64,000 nucleotides of DNA from Basidiobolus meristosporus CBS 931.73 (taxonomy: Eukaryota; Fungi; Basidiobolomycota). Positions 61,580 through 64,000 of this stretch are shown one piece after another (position 1 is the stretch's first letter; each line of letters opens with the position of its first letter). The notes beneath the pieces were generated by a model that was given only the letters and a program-made list of their open reading frames with translations, ran no database searches and was not told the origin of the DNA. The translations under genes were made by a program, and so were the position numbers. The DNA lies in assembly GCA_002104905.1 (NCBI GenBank), contig MCFE01000041.1:138279-202278 (forward strand), written 5' to 3'.

Positions 61580-64000
61580 TTAGACAATTAAGATTAGAAG
61601 AAAATGTAGTGACTTGTATAAAAAAGAAATACAGAACGGATCTAAATTAAGAGACAAGCTGCTCGTGAAGAGGACCAACGCTCTTGTATGGTGAAAAAAT
61701 CCCGCAACAAAGTTGGGGTTCGACTTGTGTCGGATGACTCGGGGCTGGTTGATCCCGAAAAGATCACCCAAAATTGGAAATTGCTCTTCGTGCAAGCGAC
61801 ATTGTGTCAATTAAATAAACTACACGATGAAATCCATGGGATGCCACTACATTCAAATGGGTACTTGATTGGTGGAAAAAAAGGCTTATCACAGATACAT
61901 CTGCTAATTTATTTAGGCTGGAGTTATTACCCCTAGACGTTCAGATTGGTGGAGTTTTTGATGATTGCCTAATTTAAAGTATTATTGCCAGACGACTAGT
62001 CCCGGGAAATCCACCCCATCTCCAATATATATACGCTAGAGAATGGTCGAAGTGGTCGTGACGGGTGCCAGTATTAGTCTGACTTCTGAAAAGCCCTTCT
62101 AAGGAAGGAGTTATGTGGCGCGTAGTCGTAGTATAGGCCAAGACCTGAGTATCCAGTTGAGAGATTGCTGGTATGCTTGGGTGAACAAATATTTAAGTCT
62201 TGGCATGCGATTTAAATTTGAACAATATGTACCCGCAGGCAAGAAAAGTGATATAACAAACAATTCGTTTCCATTAGTGCATCCATGGCTCAAAGATATA
62301 CCTTTGTGAGTAACAATTTAATAAATGTGAGCTGTGTGCTTTTGGGTCACCTTTCACGTGCAATTCTCATCAAAGTGGTAAGTGTACGAATCTGGATAGG
62401 GATCCAAGTTCCTATCTTTACTGAACCATCTACCATCCCATCTGCTCTATTATCGGCATTATTGATTAATAAACATTTTAAGATCTCATTTGCTATCTGT
62501 TTCTAATGTCGCGCTTGAAGAGCGTACAAGACCACGCAGAAAACGGATATAGGATAGAGGCAGGCCGAAGCTATGGGCCATTCTTAGCCAACGATGTCAA
62601 GAACCGTGGACGCACACATTAATGAAATTCAAACAAGTTCAAAACCTGGGCCTCTCAAGGCTGGGCCACAAATCGCGGGTGAATATTTGCAGTTAAGCAG
62701 TACTCTTCCACATGACTACCAAACAGAGACTAGCTGTACGGCCGTTTTTGGCAACATGCGTCTAGAGTTTCGTGCGGTGCGGATTCACTGTAACTGCACT
62801 GCGATACTCTGTTCTGCCCACCTAATGACTTGATTCTGGCCTCCCCACTTCTGGACACCTACTTTAATCCGAGGCTATGGTGAGACTTGCATTGCTGGTC
62901 GCAGATTGACGCAAATCTTGTACCACCGAACTGTGTACATTTCTTAGACGCGTCATGTTTGGAGGAATCAAATGATCAACTGCGCCATGGCGAAAGTATA
63001 AGACTTTGAGGGTAAGCCCCACTGGTGGCCATATCTGGAATTGAGGCAAGCACATCAATAGGAGAATAGGATTGAACCATTCAAAGCTTCGATGACAATG
63101 GGTCAGAGGGGGCGATGGTGCAGCGTATCACTAATGATCCCTGGAATCAGTCATCAGTGGGTGTCTCGCTTTAAGGCAGCCTGGTATACACTCGGGGGAG
63201 AGAACGGGATTTAGCTTGGTGTCGGATGGCGAGCTTATGAGGTCAGCACCTTGCAATGTCATGTGTGGTTTTGGTTTCGATTTTGATTTTGATTCTAGTT
63301 CTGATTCACAGATGTGGTGAGGTTTAATTTATCCCATGAGATGTCTTGACGAGAATGGACTAGGATTTCTCTCCCGGGTTCCCTACTCTCTGCATGCAGC
63401 TTGTTTCAGAAACGAGGATTGACTAGCATTCAACTAGGCGAATGGAACACAGTTGGAATATTTGCCTCCATGAGCAATCCCTTCCTTACGATGTCGAAAT
63501 AGGGCAGATGTGACTGCTGTGAAAATGGCCGCGTCACGGGTTCTGTTGTCTTGATCGGGTGCAGTGCGCGCTCTCTTGTCCTTTGTTCAGTGGATTAAGA
63601 ATGGGCAATAGAGATGCTGCCTGCACCCCATGTGGTACTTGTTACCATATACACGTCCTTAGCACAACCCACTCATACTGAAGCTCGATCGGCTACGCTT
63701 ATTTCATCCTGCAATACTGCTCCTGGGGATTTGAATAAATGTATTCTGTACACTTCGTGAACCCTCAGCAACTCCGCTGTCTGCCTACGCTGCAGATATT
63801 GTTTTCGTGTGCTTCCGGCAGAGATTCCTGTTAGTTAAGGAGATTTATTGAGTTAATATAATACGCACGCAGCGGGTCTGCAATTTAAGAATCGCAGGAA
63901 TTAATGACTAATGTAAGTCAAGCAAAAAGTTAGGAATATTCAATGGAACCTGTACATCAGATATGTATGGGTTTCTCAAATTACTATATACTTGTTTGCT

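Noticed and set aside
63267-63307. Degenerate hexamer run (TTTTGA-like) that would read NQNQNRNQN on the minus strand
   Set aside because: Ordinary low-complexity microsatellite outside any supported ORF.

Overview
Eukaryotic DNA from an intron-rich fungus. The short (~50-60 nt) introns, single-chain FAS and cobalamin adenosyltransferase point to an early-diverging (non-Dikarya) lineage; the exact taxon cannot be fixed from the sequence. Genes were reconstructed by hand across introns. In order: USO1/p115 (+), mitochondrial cob(I)alamin adenosyltransferase MMAB (-; 2 of 7 introns are GC-AG), a trihelix/Myb-SANT transcription factor (-), an orphan ORF, a probable basket nucleoporin (+), a small secreted protein (+), and a 12.5-kb fused beta-alpha type I fatty acid synthase with C-terminal PPTase (-). 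A gene-poor block follows, holding a nest of MITE-like repeats inside a ~2.2-kb stretch with no CpG. Then a dense cluster: malate synthase, PI synthase, alpha/beta hydrolase, TFIIB, PHAF1/UPF0183, RhoGAP, FAM204A-like and NoxR. The window ends with a decayed Ty3/Gypsy pol relic, another MITE copy and IDI1. I found no CRISPR array, rRNA or convincing tRNA. Best leads: the CpG-erased MITE nest, with CG>TG/CA differences visible between copies; a FAS with unusual enoyl-reductase and KS-gate motifs; the B12 gene with two GC-AG introns; and a pair of intronless genes that both end in PTS1-type tripeptides. All protein assignments rest on remembered motifs, not database searches.
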